From Clostridia bacterium (GTDB taxonomy: Bacteria; Bacillota; Clostridia; UMGS1883): 64,000 nt of DNA. Both the position numbers and the translations under genes were made by a program. Below the pieces are notes generated by a model, which was not told the origin of the DNA, ran no database searches, and worked only from the letters and a program-made list of their open reading frames with translations. The stretch is taken from positions 1 to 64,000 of the forward strand of contig JBJDXJ010000014.1 in assembly GCA_051866635.1 (NCBI GenBank), given 5' to 3'. Shown one piece after another: positions 38,548 to 48,540 of this stretch. Each line of letters starts with the position of its first letter. Positions within the stretch are counted from its first letter, which is position 1.

Positions 38548-38587
38548 AAAAGCTGTGCGAAAATCATTTTCGCACAGCCTTTTTTTT
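38548..38587. terminator. Bidirectional terminator overlapping the flavin reductase stop codon
   Basis: GCTGTGCGAAAA-TCA-TTTTCGCACAGC plus T-run. Confidence 0.8.
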
Positions 38588-39154
38588 GTTTTTTGTCATG
38601 GGTTTTTTAACACTGTAACCGAAGGAGCCTATCTTTTTCCCAAGTGCAAAATACTGACCGTGGGCATATGCCGCAAGGGAGCATTTTTCAATGTGGAACT
38701 TGCCCTTTTCGTCAATGTATCTCTCGTCCACGTTTACGGCAACAATGTCTGCCATAAACATATCATGTGTACCTAAGGGGATAATATCGGTAACCTTACA
38801 TTCTAAACTTACGGGCGACTCTTTTACCATAGGGCATTTTACTATCGTTGCCTTTTCCTTTGTCAATTTGCACGCTTCAAATTTGTCAATATCTCTGCCG
38901 CTTTTACAGCCGCAAAAGTCAATGGAACGGATAATGTGACTATGTGGCAAATTAATTACAAATTCCCCGGACTCTTTTATAAGGTTGTAAGAAAACCTCT
39001 CCGGGCGTACAGAAATATATGTTTTGGCAGGGTCGGTATTTATTATACCTGTCCAGCCGATTGTGATTAGGTTGTCCTTCCCGTTATGTGAACAGGATAT
39101 AAGTGCCGGTGGGACGGGTGCTAACAATGCACCGGGTTTCCATGTTTGTTTCAA
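38564..39154 (-). CDS. Flavin reductase (DIM6/NTAB/flavoredoxin) family protein
   Basis: 'PVPPALIS', 'ISVRPERFS..LI.E.GEFVIN', 'ESPVSLEC', 'GTHD'. Confidence 0.9.
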   Translation of the reverse strand: MKQTWKPGALLAPVPPALISCSHNGKDNLITIGWTGIINTDPAKTYISVRPERFSYNLIKESGEFVINLPHSHIIRSIDFCGCKSGRDIDKFEACKLTKEKATIVKCPMVKESPVSLECKVTDIIPLGTHDMFMADIVAVNVDERYIDEKGKFHIEKCSLAAYAHGQYFALGKKIGSFGYSVKKPMTKNKKKAVRK

Positions 39155-39864
39155 TTTTCCTCACTCCTTAAAGTTAAATCCTTTAAAACTTCACTTGCTA
39201 TAATAAGCCCTGCAACTGATGGTACAAAGGCACAGCTACCGGGGCTGTGGCGTCCGTTTTTACTGTCGGCAACACACGTTTTAGGCTGTTCCTTTGAATA
39301 TACAACCTTTAGTTTCTTTACTCCCCGTTTCCTCAGCTCCGTCCGCATAACCCTGGCAAGGGGACAGACGGAGGTTTTGTAAATATCCGTAACCTCAAAC
39401 ATTGTGGGGTCAAGCTTATTTCCCGTTCCCATAGAGGATATAAGGGGTATACCAAGCTCTTCGCATTTTTGGGCAAGATATATTTTTGATGAAACAGTAT
39501 CTATGGCATCTATAACATAGTCAAATTGCGACAGGTCAAATTCATGGGCGTTTTCAGGCAGGTAAAACATATTACATTCATTTACTTCTGCGTCGGGATT
39601 AATGTCTTTTATCCTTGATTTGGCAACTAGGGTTTTCATCATGCCTATTGTGGAATGAAGGGCGTAAATCTGGCGGTTAATATTGCTTTCTGTCACTGTA
39701 TCGTTGTCAATTAAGGTAAATTTACCTACACCGCTTCGAGCCAATGCTTCTGTTACATAGCCGCCTACACCGCCGATGCCGAAAACGGCAATGTGGACAC
39801 TTTTTAATTTTTCTACTTGGTCGGCTCCTAATAAAAGCTTGGTCCTTGTCAAAAATTCGGACAT
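39151..39864 (-). CDS. tcdA: tRNA threonylcarbamoyladenosine dehydratase (ThiF family)
   Basis: 'FGIGGVGG', 'SNINRQ', 'DAID', 'SSMG.GNK.DP', 'CPLARVMR', 'FVPSVAG'. Confidence 0.9.
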   Translation of the reverse strand: MSEFLTRTKLLLGADQVEKLKSVHIAVFGIGGVGGYVTEALARSGVGKFTLIDNDTVTESNINRQIYALHSTIGMMKTLVAKSRIKDINPDAEVNECNMFYLPENAHEFDLSQFDYVIDAIDTVSSKIYLAQKCEELGIPLISSMGTGNKLDPTMFEVTDIYKTSVCPLARVMRTELRKRGVKKLKVVYSKEQPKTCVADSKNGRHSPGSCAFVPSVAGLIIASEVLKDLTLRSEEN

Positions 39865-40011
39865 TTTTCCTCACCTCTCACTTTTCTAATAATACCATAT
39901 TATTATACCTTTTACAAGGACACCTATTTATTAAGTTGAAAAAAATGTTGATTTTAGATGGGAAAAATTATATAATAAAAGTGCTTATGAATGATTAAGG
40001 AAGTGTGGAAA

Positions 40012-41499
40012 ATGAAAAGAAAAATAGCTTTAATCTGTGTAATGGTTATGCTTATGACTGTTTTTGCACAAAGTGCATCGGCAGTTAATGTTATTATGAA
40101 CAGCTCTTTTTTGAAATTTAGCGATCAGGAGCCTGTTATTAAAGACGGCACTACGTTAGTTCCCATACGTGATATTGCCGAAGCCTTGGGCCTTTTGGTT
40201 ACATGGGACGACCCAAGCGATACAGTTACTTTAAAGAAGGACAATTTCTTTATTGAAATGGTTATCGGCAGTACAAAAATAAAGACCGTTGCCGGCGAAA
40301 AAACAGCACCCGGGGCACCTGAAATTATCAATGGCAGAACAATGGTGCCGCTGAGGTTTATTGCAGAAGAGATGGGGCTTAATGTTTTCTGGAACGAACA
40401 GTATCAGCGTGTTGTAATTAACGGACAGGTTGATACACAGAAGGTATATGTACCCGAGGAAAAATCAACAGATGTAGATATGGCAGAGGAAAAGGTCGAT
40501 ACTTCTTTGGAAGAAGAGGCACCTACAGAAGAAGAAACTGTAATTGAGGAAGATGTGCTTTATAATACCGTGCAGGCAGACTCTACTTCAATAATGTTTG
40601 AAATTCCCGCAAATTTCTATCCCGAAGATGTAGAAAGTGAAGAGTCTTTTGCATACAAAACACTTGACGCAACTGATGTACAGCATAAGTATAACTGGGA
40701 AAAAGTAACAATCCATGAAAGCTATGCTGACCAGTCGGGTATAAACGGTATTGTGTATGTTGTTTCAGCTCTTGATCCATACACGGGTGAAGAATATGAC
40801 ATTTCTAACATGAATAAAGAGTACCCATCGGCTCCCGAAAGACCCCAAAGACCACAGTTCCCCCAAATTGATATGACTAAATTTACAGAGGAATATACCC
40901 TTGCAATATTAAAGCAGATGTTTATTGACATGGACGTAGAGGTTCCTGAAAATTTAGAAGAATTGGACGAGGAAGAAATTAAAGCACTTTTAGGCTTTGA
41001 AAGTGATGAAGAAATGCAGGAACAGATTAATATTTCCAAAGAAAACGCCGATTTTTCCTCCGTTACAGGATATGAAGAATATCAGGCTTATCAGGAGGAA
41101 TACCAAATTTACAACGAAGAAATGGTAATTTATTGGGAGGAACAGCAAGCCTACCTTACAGAAGCGTTGGCAATAGAGGCGGTTAAAAATTATGCTATAC
41201 GTAAATTCCAGGAGGTTTATAAAAACGCTACTGAGGAAGAATGGGTAAAACTTTTTGATAGTCGTTTAAACGTAGATGAAGAAGTAGTATATGACGGGGT
41301 GGAAATTCTTGACATAAACGGGAAAAAGATTGTTCATGCCTTGGTTCTTGCACAAGACCCCGATGATGAACAGGGCGTGTTTGAATTTTATTATTATATA
41401 GACGGTGACAGTGAGGTTACTATCTTCGGCGGAACACTTTACGGAAGCGAGGCTTCCCTGCAGGCATCGGAAGCCCTTGCCAACATGATTATTAAATAA
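40012..41499 (+). CDS. Secreted CAO N-terminal domain protein with very acidic C-terminal region
   Basis: Signal peptide; 'TLVPIRDIAEALG', 'GRTMVPLRFIAE'; Glu/Asp-rich remainder. Confidence 0.8.
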   Translation: MKRKIALICVMVMLMTVFAQSASAVNVIMNSSFLKFSDQEPVIKDGTTLVPIRDIAEALGLLVTWDDPSDTVTLKKDNFFIEMVIGSTKIKTVAGEKTAPGAPEIINGRTMVPLRFIAEEMGLNVFWNEQYQRVVINGQVDTQKVYVPEEKSTDVDMAEEKVDTSLEEEAPTEEETVIEEDVLYNTVQADSTSIMFEIPANFYPEDVESEESFAYKTLDATDVQHKYNWEKVTIHESYADQSGINGIVYVVSALDPYTGEEYDISNMNKEYPSAPERPQRPQFPQIDMTKFTEEYTLAILKQMFIDMDVEVPENLEELDEEEIKALLGFESDEEMQEQINISKENADFSSVTGYEEYQAYQEEYQIYNEEMVIYWEEQQAYLTEALAIEAVKNYAIRKFQEVYKNATEEEWVKLFDSRLNVDEEVVYDGVEILDINGKKIVHALVLAQDPDDEQGVFEFYYYIDGDSEVTIFGGTLYGSEASLQASEALANMIIK

Positions 41500-41501
41500 A
41501 G

Positions 41502-41540
41502 GCTTTTTTACATTATAGGAAATTCCTCATTTCCCATAAT
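41502..41540. repeat. Repeat family C hairpin fragment
   Basis: GCTTTTTTACATTATAGGAAATTCCTCATTTCC(C)ATAAT, one mismatch to 50922-50960. Confidence 0.85.
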
Positions 41541-41554
41541 ATCAGGAGGAACAA

Positions 41555-42412
41555 ATGAGTATATTAATTTCTGTGGTTATAGCCATAATTTTGGTTTTTG
41601 CGTTGGGGTATCTAGCACCAATGTTACCCTTAAATAATTTGCTTGGCGGCAACTTTTATCAGATTATAGGCATTATTCTTGCAATTTTGATAAGTGCTCT
41701 CTTAAACTTACCCATGCTTTATATGTTCAGGGGTAATTCCTGTTACAAAAAGGGGCAGTATAAAGAAGCAGTTAATCTGTATAAAAAAGCCTACAAAACA
41801 AAAAGGCTTTCCGTTGATATGGAAATATACTGCGGATATATCCTCATAAAGGAAGGGGATATGGAAACAGGGGAAAAAATCCTTACAGAAGTTTCACAAA
41901 AGAAGCTAAACGACAGACAGAAAAACAGCCTTGATGCCAACATGGCAATCCTTTTGTGGAAAAAAGGGGAGCTTGACAGTGCAATAGACCTTTTACAGTC
42001 ACTTTGGGAAAGATGCGAAAGCGTAAATGTGGCAGGAACATTGGGTGCACTTATGCTTCTTCGGGCAAGAGAAGATAAAAATTATGAAAAGCCGCTGGAA
42101 TTTTGCACACAGGCAAATAAAAAGTTTACATATGAAAAAACAATTCTTGCAAATTTAGGGGAATGTTACTATTCAATGGGCGAAAATGAAAAAGCCATCA
42201 AAACCTTTGAAGAATTGATGGACTGCGGAACTACTTCCCCCACACCTTTCTACTATTACGGCTGTGCTTTATTAAAGGCAGACAGAAGGGAAGAAGGTAA
42301 GGAAATGTTTAACCATGCATTAAGACTACGTTTCACAAACCTTTCCACGATATCTAAAAAAACGATAAAATCTGCCCTTGAAGAAATTGAAAGGGCAGAG
42401 GACACAGAATAA
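41555..42412 (+). CDS. Membrane-anchored TPR protein
   Basis: Two N-terminal TM helices then TPR-like helices ('YKKGQYKEAVNLYKKA', 'NLGECYYSMGENEKAI'). Confidence 0.8.
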   Translation: MSILISVVIAIILVFALGYLAPMLPLNNLLGGNFYQIIGIILAILISALLNLPMLYMFRGNSCYKKGQYKEAVNLYKKAYKTKRLSVDMEIYCGYILIKEGDMETGEKILTEVSQKKLNDRQKNSLDANMAILLWKKGELDSAIDLLQSLWERCESVNVAGTLGALMLLRAREDKNYEKPLEFCTQANKKFTYEKTILANLGECYYSMGENEKAIKTFEELMDCGTTSPTPFYYYGCALLKADRREEGKEMFNHALRLRFTNLSTISKKTIKSALEEIERAEDTE

Positions 42413-42465
42413 ACTAAAACCCCGACAATGTCGGGGTTATTCCTTATGTTTTATCACGGCACCAA

Positions 42466-42917
42466 AGCCTCCCTCTGACGAGGGAGGTGGCAAAAATCAA
42501 AGATTTTTGACGGAGGGAGAGAAAATGAAAGACTACAATAAAGAAAATATCCCGCTTGCAAAGACACTCCGAAAGAATATGACTCCATGGGAGAGGAAAC
42601 TATGGTATGATTTTTTGAGAAACTATCCGGTACGTTTCCAAAGGCAAAAAGCAATTGGAAATTACATTGCGGATTTCTACTGTGCAAAAGCAAGACTGGT
42701 CATTGAACTTGACGGTGGCGAACATTATACAGAGGAGCAGGCAGAGAAAGATGATATTCGCACAAAAGACTTAGAGTCTATGAATCTAACGGTGGTGAGA
42801 ATTTGCAATATAGATATTGACCGCAATTTTCTCGGTGTGTGCGAACATATTGATTTAACTGTTAAGCATCTCTCCCCCGGTCAGCTTCGCTGACAGCCCC
42901 CTCGTCAGAGGGAGCCT
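42466..42917. mobile_element. Putative compact element: ~50-bp inverted repeats enclosing a DUF559 endonuclease
   Basis: Left arm 42466-42522 and right arm 42869-42917 are imperfect reverse complements sharing CCCTCTGACGAGGG. Confidence 0.6.
42525..42893 (+). CDS. DUF559 / Vsr-like endonuclease domain protein
   Basis: 'AK.LRKNMT.WE.KLW', 'FQRQ..IG.YIADFYC...LVIELDG..H', 'D..R'; ATG at 42525 after GGAGGG. Confidence 0.92.
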   Translation: MKDYNKENIPLAKTLRKNMTPWERKLWYDFLRNYPVRFQRQKAIGNYIADFYCAKARLVIELDGGEHYTEEQAEKDDIRTKDLESMNLTVVRICNIDIDRNFLGVCEHIDLTVKHLSPGQLR

Positions 42918-42948
42918 CGGATATTCCAACCCCCAACACAAATATAAA

Positions 42949-42980
42949 AATCCGACCTATGTGAAGCCGTAGGTCGGATT
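42949..42980. terminator. Bidirectional terminator
   Basis: AATCCGACCTA...TAGGTCGGATT. Confidence 0.7.
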
Positions 42981-43000
42981 AATTGTTTTAGTTTATTTAA

Positions 43001-44599
43001 TTAAAAATTTTCTACTGCGGATTTTTCAATTGCAACGCCCTGTCTGTATGCTTTCATATATTCGTTAAAGCCCTTTACATCGTCGGGATCAGGTGCAATT
43101 GTACTGCCCTCATACTTGTCAAACACCTTGCTGCTGAGGAATTCATCCAAGGTTTCTCTGCCCTGCTTTTCAACAGCGTAAGCTGCCAAAAGAGCCATAC
43201 CCCAAGCACCGCCTTCACCTGCTGTACTCATAACTGTAACAGGTGTATTCATTGCCGCCGCCATTAATGACTGACCAACACGTTCTGTTTTAAACAAACC
43301 GCCGTGGCCAAGGAGCATATCAAGCTCAACATTTTCCTTTTCAAAAAGAATATCCATACCAATCTTAAGTGTTGCCATTGTAGCGTATACCTGTGCACGC
43401 ATAAATTCGGGAAGTGTAAGCTTAACGTCAGCCTTACGTGTAACCAAGGGTCTGCCTTCATCCACATCTGTAATAGTCTCCCCTGAAATATAGTTGTAGG
43501 ACAAGATACCGCCACAGTCCTTAGCACCTTTTTCAGCTTCAAAATAAAGTGTGTCGTAAAGCTTAGGTGTGGAATATTCAACGCCCATTGCCTTTAACAC
43601 CTGACCGAAAAGTCTAACCCAGTTGTCCAAATCAGTACAACAGTTGTTACAATGCACCATTGCAACAGGAGCACCTGTAGGTGTTGTAACCATATCGATT
43701 TCTGTATAAACGCCCTTTAAAGGACGCTCCAAAACTGCCATAGCAAAGATGGAGGTGCCGGCAGAAACATTACCTGTTCTGGGAGCGATAGAGTTTGTTG
43801 CGACCATACCTGTGCCTGCATCACCTTCAGGGGGAGCCATAGGCACGCCGGGTTGAAGATTGCCTGTGGGGTCAAGGAGTTTTGCACCTTCTTCTGTAAG
43901 AGAACCTGCATCGTCCCCTGCGTTCAAAACCTGAGGGATAACTTCACGAAGGGCAAAGGGCAAATCATTAACCTTAAGTAAACCGTCAAATGCATCAACC
44001 ATATCCTGGTCATAATCGCACTTGGTGCTGTCAATGGGGAACACACCGCTGGCTTCACCAACACCTAAAACCTTTTTGCCTGTTAACTTCCAGTGAACAT
44101 AGCCGGCAAGTGTTGTGACAAAAGCGATATCTTTAATATGTTCTTCCTTGTTTAAAATTGCCTGATAAAGGTGGGCAATTGTCCAACGCTGGGGAATGTT
44201 GAAGTTGAAAAGCTTTGTAAGACGGTCAGCCGCTTCTTCTGTGATGGCATTTCGCCATGTGCGGAAGGGAACAAGCTGATTGTCATTTTTGTCAAAAACT
44301 ATGTAGCCGTGCATCATTGCAGAAAAACCGAGAGAACCAATCTTAGTAAGGTTCACGTTGTAATTGTCCCGTACATCCTGAACCATCTTTGCATAAGCAT
44401 CCTGCAAGCCTGTCCATACAGAATCAAGAGAATATGTCCATACTCCGTTTTCAAGCTTATTTTCCCAGTCATGACCGCCTGATGCGATGGGTGTGTGGTC
44501 ACTGCCGATTAAAACAGCCTTGATTCTTGTGGAACCGAATTCGATACCTAAAGCAGTTTTTCCGCTTTCAATATCATTAATTATCATATTTTTGTCCAT
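43001..44599 (-). CDS. FGGY-family sugar kinase (L-ribulokinase/xylulokinase-like)
   Basis: '[14 protein letters not shown]', 'SAMMHGY', 'PEGDAGTGM', 'GHGGLFKT'. Confidence 0.9.
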   Translation of the reverse strand: MDKNMIINDIESGKTALGIEFGSTRIKAVLIGSDHTPIASGGHDWENKLENGVWTYSLDSVWTGLQDAYAKMVQDVRDNYNVNLTKIGSLGFSAMMHGYIVFDKNDNQLVPFRTWRNAITEEAADRLTKLFNFNIPQRWTIAHLYQAILNKEEHIKDIAFVTTLAGYVHWKLTGKKVLGVGEASGVFPIDSTKCDYDQDMVDAFDGLLKVNDLPFALREVIPQVLNAGDDAGSLTEEGAKLLDPTGNLQPGVPMAPPEGDAGTGMVATNSIAPRTGNVSAGTSIFAMAVLERPLKGVYTEIDMVTTPTGAPVAMVHCNNCCTDLDNWVRLFGQVLKAMGVEYSTPKLYDTLYFEAEKGAKDCGGILSYNYISGETITDVDEGRPLVTRKADVKLTLPEFMRAQVYATMATLKIGMDILFEKENVELDMLLGHGGLFKTERVGQSLMAAAMNTPVTVMSTAGEGGAWGMALLAAYAVEKQGRETLDEFLSSKVFDKYEGSTIAPDPDDVKGFNEYMKAYRQGVAIEKSAVENF

Positions 44600-44663
44600 T
44601 GGTAAAACCCTCCTTATTTAGTTAAAATAATTATATCAGTAAATATAATCAAAATCAATATTT

Positions 44664-45029
44664 TTATTTCATGGTAAAGCTTTGGGGGAGAAGTTCTTTT
44701 AACGTATATGTGTTATCCTTTGTGATGATTTTAAAATCGCCTCGGCAAAACTCTGCCATAACCTGACGGCATACACCGCAAGGTGTACATGGTGTATCAA
44801 GGCTGTTTACAACTGCAATGGCAGAAAAGTCTTTTACGCCTTCCGATATTGCTTTAGAAAATGCAACCCTTTCTGCACACATTGAAGGTGAAAATGCAGA
44901 GTTTTCCACGTTGCATCCTGTGAAAATCTGCCCATCTGTGGACAAAAGTGCGGCACCTACCTTAAAGGATGAATAAGGTGCGTATGAAAACTTTAATGCT
45001 TCACGGGCTTTATTTAACAAGTTTTCCAT
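44664..45029 (-). CDS. cdd: Cytidine deaminase
   Basis: 'YAPYS.FKVGAA', 'GCNVEN', 'CAER', 'PCGVCRQ'; ATG at 45029 with GGAGG RBS. Confidence 0.95.
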   Translation of the reverse strand: MENLLNKAREALKFSYAPYSSFKVGAALLSTDGQIFTGCNVENSAFSPSMCAERVAFSKAISEGVKDFSAIAVVNSLDTPCTPCGVCRQVMAEFCRGDFKIITKDNTYTLKELLPQSFTMK

Positions 45030-46167
45030 AAAACCCCTCCGAATTGCAGTTATAGTCAACATTAAGCATATCGCTTATTGTGGCGGCAATGTTTGAAAAA
45101 CTTTTCATCTTGCCTAAATTTACCCCTTTAAACGAGGGGGAATATACAATAATGGGAACATTTTCCCTTGTGTGGTCCGTTGTCTTTAAAAAGCCGGGGT
45201 CACATCCGTGGTCCCCTGTAATCATTAAACAATCATCATCCGTCATAGCAGAAAACATTGAAGGAAGGAAAGAGTCAAACTCACTTAATGCCTTTGCGTA
45301 GCCGTCAATATCACGGCGGTGACCGTAGTACATATCAAAATCCACTAAATTTACAAAGCAAAGACCCTTAAAATCACTTTTCATAATCTCAATTGTTTTT
45401 TCAATGCCCTCACGGTTTGAATGGGTGCGATAGCTCTCTGTTACACCACGGGCGGCAAAAATATCGCTTATTTTGCCAACGGATATTACCTCCATATCTT
45501 TGCTTACTGCATCAAGTATAGTTTCCTTTGGAGGCTTTAGTGAAAAATCACGGCGATTGGATGTGCGTTTGTAGTTTCCGCTTTCACCCTTAAAAGGCCG
45601 TGCAATAATTCTGCCTACACCGTTGTCCCCTGTGAAAATCTCACGTGCCGTTTCACAGATAGAGTATAATTCGGGAAGTGGAATAACATCTTCATGTGCC
45701 GCTATCTGTAAAACGCTGTCAACAGATGTGTAAACAATCAGTTTCCCCGTTTTTACGTGTTCATCCCCGTACATATCGATTGCAGTAATACCCGAGGAAA
45801 CGCCGTTTAATAAAATGCCTCTGCCTGTTCTTTCCGAAAGAATATCAAGAAGCTCTTTTGGAAAGCCATCAGGGTATGTGGGGAAGGGGCGATTACTTAC
45901 AACCCCTGCCATTTCCCAATGACCTATGGTGGTGTCCTTACCCATGGAAATTTCCTCAAGTCTGCCGTAGGAGGCAATTGGGTTTTCCTCGTGGGGCAAA
46001 AAGTCAGTCAAGTTATAAAGCCCCATTTTAATAAGGCTCGGAATATTAAGATATTTACTTTTAACAATGCTTTTTAATGTGTAGGCACCATCATCGTGAA
46101 AATCCGATGCATCGAAGGCTTCACCTACACCAAATCCGTCAAGGACTATTAAAAATACTCGTTTCAT
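45010..46167 (-). CDS. deoB: Phosphopentomutase
   Basis: 'LIVLDGFGVG', 'GKDTTIGHWE', 'GRIIARPF', 'NLVDFD..YGHRRD', 'TGDHGCDP', 'DHTRE'. Confidence 0.96.
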   Translation of the reverse strand: MKRVFLIVLDGFGVGEAFDASDFHDDGAYTLKSIVKSKYLNIPSLIKMGLYNLTDFLPHEENPIASYGRLEEISMGKDTTIGHWEMAGVVSNRPFPTYPDGFPKELLDILSERTGRGILLNGVSSGITAIDMYGDEHVKTGKLIVYTSVDSVLQIAAHEDVIPLPELYSICETAREIFTGDNGVGRIIARPFKGESGNYKRTSNRRDFSLKPPKETILDAVSKDMEVISVGKISDIFAARGVTESYRTHSNREGIEKTIEIMKSDFKGLCFVNLVDFDMYYGHRRDIDGYAKALSEFDSFLPSMFSAMTDDDCLMITGDHGCDPGFLKTTDHTRENVPIIVYSPSFKGVNLGKMKSFSNIAATISDMLNVDYNCNSEGFYGKLVK

Positions 46168-46880
46168 ATTTTCTCCATTCTTATAGCTGTTTCCAGAGCT
46201 ATAACCATCATTGCATTAAAAGAAATCTGTCTTTCTATGGGGGTGGTTTCCTCTTTTGTTATCAAGCTGTCAGACACAGTCAAAATCGAAAGTGCCCGTT
46301 TACTGAGCCTTGCTGCAGTCATATATAAGGCGGCTGTTTCCATATCAACTGCCATAACGCCCATCTTACGCCATGCATCAACAGTGTTGGGATTGTCGCT
46401 GTAAAAAACATCTGAGGACACTATCGTACCTACACGGTAATCTTCGCCTAAAGACTTTGCCGCCTCTACCGCATTTAAAAGAAGCGTAAAATCACACGCC
46501 GGGGAAAAAGTACCCGGAAGATTAAACTGCGAAGCAAAGCTTGAGTCATAACAAGCCGTCTGCGGAAAAATTATGTCGTAAAGCTTTGCCTTTTCGCTGT
46601 AACTTCCGCAAGAGCCTACACGTATAATATTTTCCACATCATAAAAATTAAAAAGCTCGTGGGCATATATCCCCATAGATGGCATACCCATTCCGCTTGC
46701 CATAACGCTTACTTTTACGCCCTTATATTCACCAGTATACCCCTGTATACCACGTACATTGTTTACAAGACGGGCATTTTTTAAATATTTTTCCGCAATG
46801 AACTTTGCCCGAAGGGGGTCACCGGGCATAAGCACTGTTTTTGCAAATTCGCTTTTTGCCGCTTCGTTGTGAGGAGTCAT
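46164..46880 (-). CDS. deoD: Purine nucleoside phosphorylase (DeoD type)
   Basis: 'MTPH', 'MPGDPLRAK', 'SGMGMPS', 'IIRVGSCG', 'VDME'. Confidence 0.95.
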   Translation of the reverse strand: MTPHNEAAKSEFAKTVLMPGDPLRAKFIAEKYLKNARLVNNVRGIQGYTGEYKGVKVSVMASGMGMPSMGIYAHELFNFYDVENIIRVGSCGSYSEKAKLYDIIFPQTACYDSSFASQFNLPGTFSPACDFTLLLNAVEAAKSLGEDYRVGTIVSSDVFYSDNPNTVDAWRKMGVMAVDMETAALYMTAARLSKRALSILTVSDSLITKEETTPIERQISFNAMMVIALETAIRMEKI

Positions 46881-46908
46881 AAGCCCATACCATTCCTTTC
46901 AATTTATG

Positions 46909-47685
46909 TTATAAACGGGACTTATCTTTTTCAATTAATAATTTCATGGCTTCAATTGCAATGGATATTACATAATCGGTGTCCTTTACTATATTGTCGG
47001 ACAAACCCTTTTCACGCCTTGTTTGGTTGCCCATAACTGCCAAAACGGAACCAACCCTTACACGCCTTATGGCACCTACGATAAAAAGGGCGGCAGTTTC
47101 CATTTCACTTGCCAAGGCACCACATTTTATCCATGCGTTCCAATTATAAATAAGACTGCCTGCGGTGGGCATAGTTTGGGGCGAGTGTTGACCGTAAAAG
47201 GAATCCTTACTTTGCACAACACCCAAATGATAGGGTATGTTCAATTTTTCTGCACTTTGCAGCAGTGCGTCTGTTACATAAAAGTCGCCTACAGCAGGGT
47301 ACTCTATAGGTGCGTATTCCTTTGTTGTGCCTTCAAAACGGATGGCACCTGTTGCAATTACCGCACTGCCTGCATCCACATCTTCTGCCATACCCCCTGC
47401 GGTACCTACACGGATAAAGGTATCAGAGCCTATATGAATAAGCTCCTCCAATGCGATAGCTGCCGAAGGCCCACCAATGCCTGTGGAGCATACGGATATT
47501 TTTTCGCCCAAAAGAGTGCCTGTATATGTTACAAATTCACGGTTAGCCCCCACAAGTGACGGAGATTTAAAATATGATGCTATCTTTTCACATCTGCCCG
47601 GGTCCCCTGTGAGAATGACGTACTTCCCCACATCGCCTTTTTTTAGGTTAATATGGTATTCATCTTTTGAATATACGCAAGACAT
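46909..47685 (-). CDS. udp: Uridine phosphorylase
   Basis: 'GDPGR', 'NREF', 'STGIGGPS', 'FYGQH', 'EME'; ATG at 47685 with AAGGAGG. Confidence 0.92.
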   Translation of the reverse strand: MSCVYSKDEYHINLKKGDVGKYVILTGDPGRCEKIASYFKSPSLVGANREFVTYTGTLLGEKISVCSTGIGGPSAAIALEELIHIGSDTFIRVGTAGGMAEDVDAGSAVIATGAIRFEGTTKEYAPIEYPAVGDFYVTDALLQSAEKLNIPYHLGVVQSKDSFYGQHSPQTMPTAGSLIYNWNAWIKCGALASEMETAALFIVGAIRRVRVGSVLAVMGNQTRREKGLSDNIVKDTDYVISIAIEAMKLLIEKDKSRL

Positions 47686-47819
47686 GACAGACCCTCCTTT
47701 TTTTAGCTTTATAAGTGTATTGTACCATTTATACACTGCGTTGTCAAACTTGACATTGAAGATGTTTTATTATAGAATAGTATTATAGATTGGCATTAAG
47801 ATAAAAAGGGGGATGCGGC

Positions 47820-48515
47820 ATGAATACGAAAAAAGTTCTTGTTGTAGACGATGAAAAGCCTATTAGCGATATATTGAAATTTAATCTTTCCAAATCAGGC
47901 TATGAAGTTTTGTGTGCATATGACGGGGAGGAGGGCTTAAGGCTTGCACTTGATGAAAATGTGGACCTTATTCTTTTGGATGTTATGCTTCCCAAATTGG
48001 AAGGCTTTGAAGTTTTGAAAATGGTAAGGGAAAAGAAAAAGAACGTTCCCATCCTTATGCTTACTGCCCGTGAGGAGGAAGTTGACAAGATTTTAGGCTT
48101 GGAATGGGGTGCTGATGACTATATTACAAAGCCCTTTTCCATGCGTGAGCTTCTTGCCCGTGTGAAAGCAAATTTAAGACGAAGTGTTCCGGAAACTACA
48201 AGTGAAGGTGGGGGAAATATACTTACCTTTGGTAATTTGACCATCAACGTAACACGTTACGAAGTGCAGAAAAATTCTGCTGTTGTGGAGCTTACCCTTC
48301 GTGAATTTGAGCTTTTGAAGTTTATGGCACTTCAGCCGGGCATGGTCTTTTCAAGAGAAGTTCTTCTTGAAAAGGTGTGGGGCTATGAATATTTCGGTGA
48401 TGTGCGTACTGTTGACGTTACCATCCGTAGGTTAAGGGAAAAAATCGAGGATGACCCTGCACATCCCGTTATAATTATGACAAAACGCGGTGTGGGTTAT
48501 TATATTAATAAATAG
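47820..48515 (+). CDS. walR: OmpR-family response regulator WalR/YycF
   Basis: 'VVDDEKPISDILKFNL', 'ELTLREFELL', 'VWGYEYFGDVRTVDVTIRRLREKIED'; followed by walK and yycHI-like genes. Confidence 0.88.
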   Translation: MNTKKVLVVDDEKPISDILKFNLSKSGYEVLCAYDGEEGLRLALDENVDLILLDVMLPKLEGFEVLKMVREKKKNVPILMLTAREEEVDKILGLEWGADDYITKPFSMRELLARVKANLRRSVPETTSEGGGNILTFGNLTINVTRYEVQKNSAVVELTLREFELLKFMALQPGMVFSREVLLEKVWGYEYFGDVRTVDVTIRRLREKIEDDPAHPVIIMTKRGVGYYINK

Positions 48516-48540
48516 ATTTTATAGCAAAATCTGATTATAG

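Noticed and set aside
42378-42524. Longer DUF559 ORF start at 42378
   Set aside because: The extension runs through a terminator and the left inverted repeat; ATG 42525 has an RBS and gives a typical length
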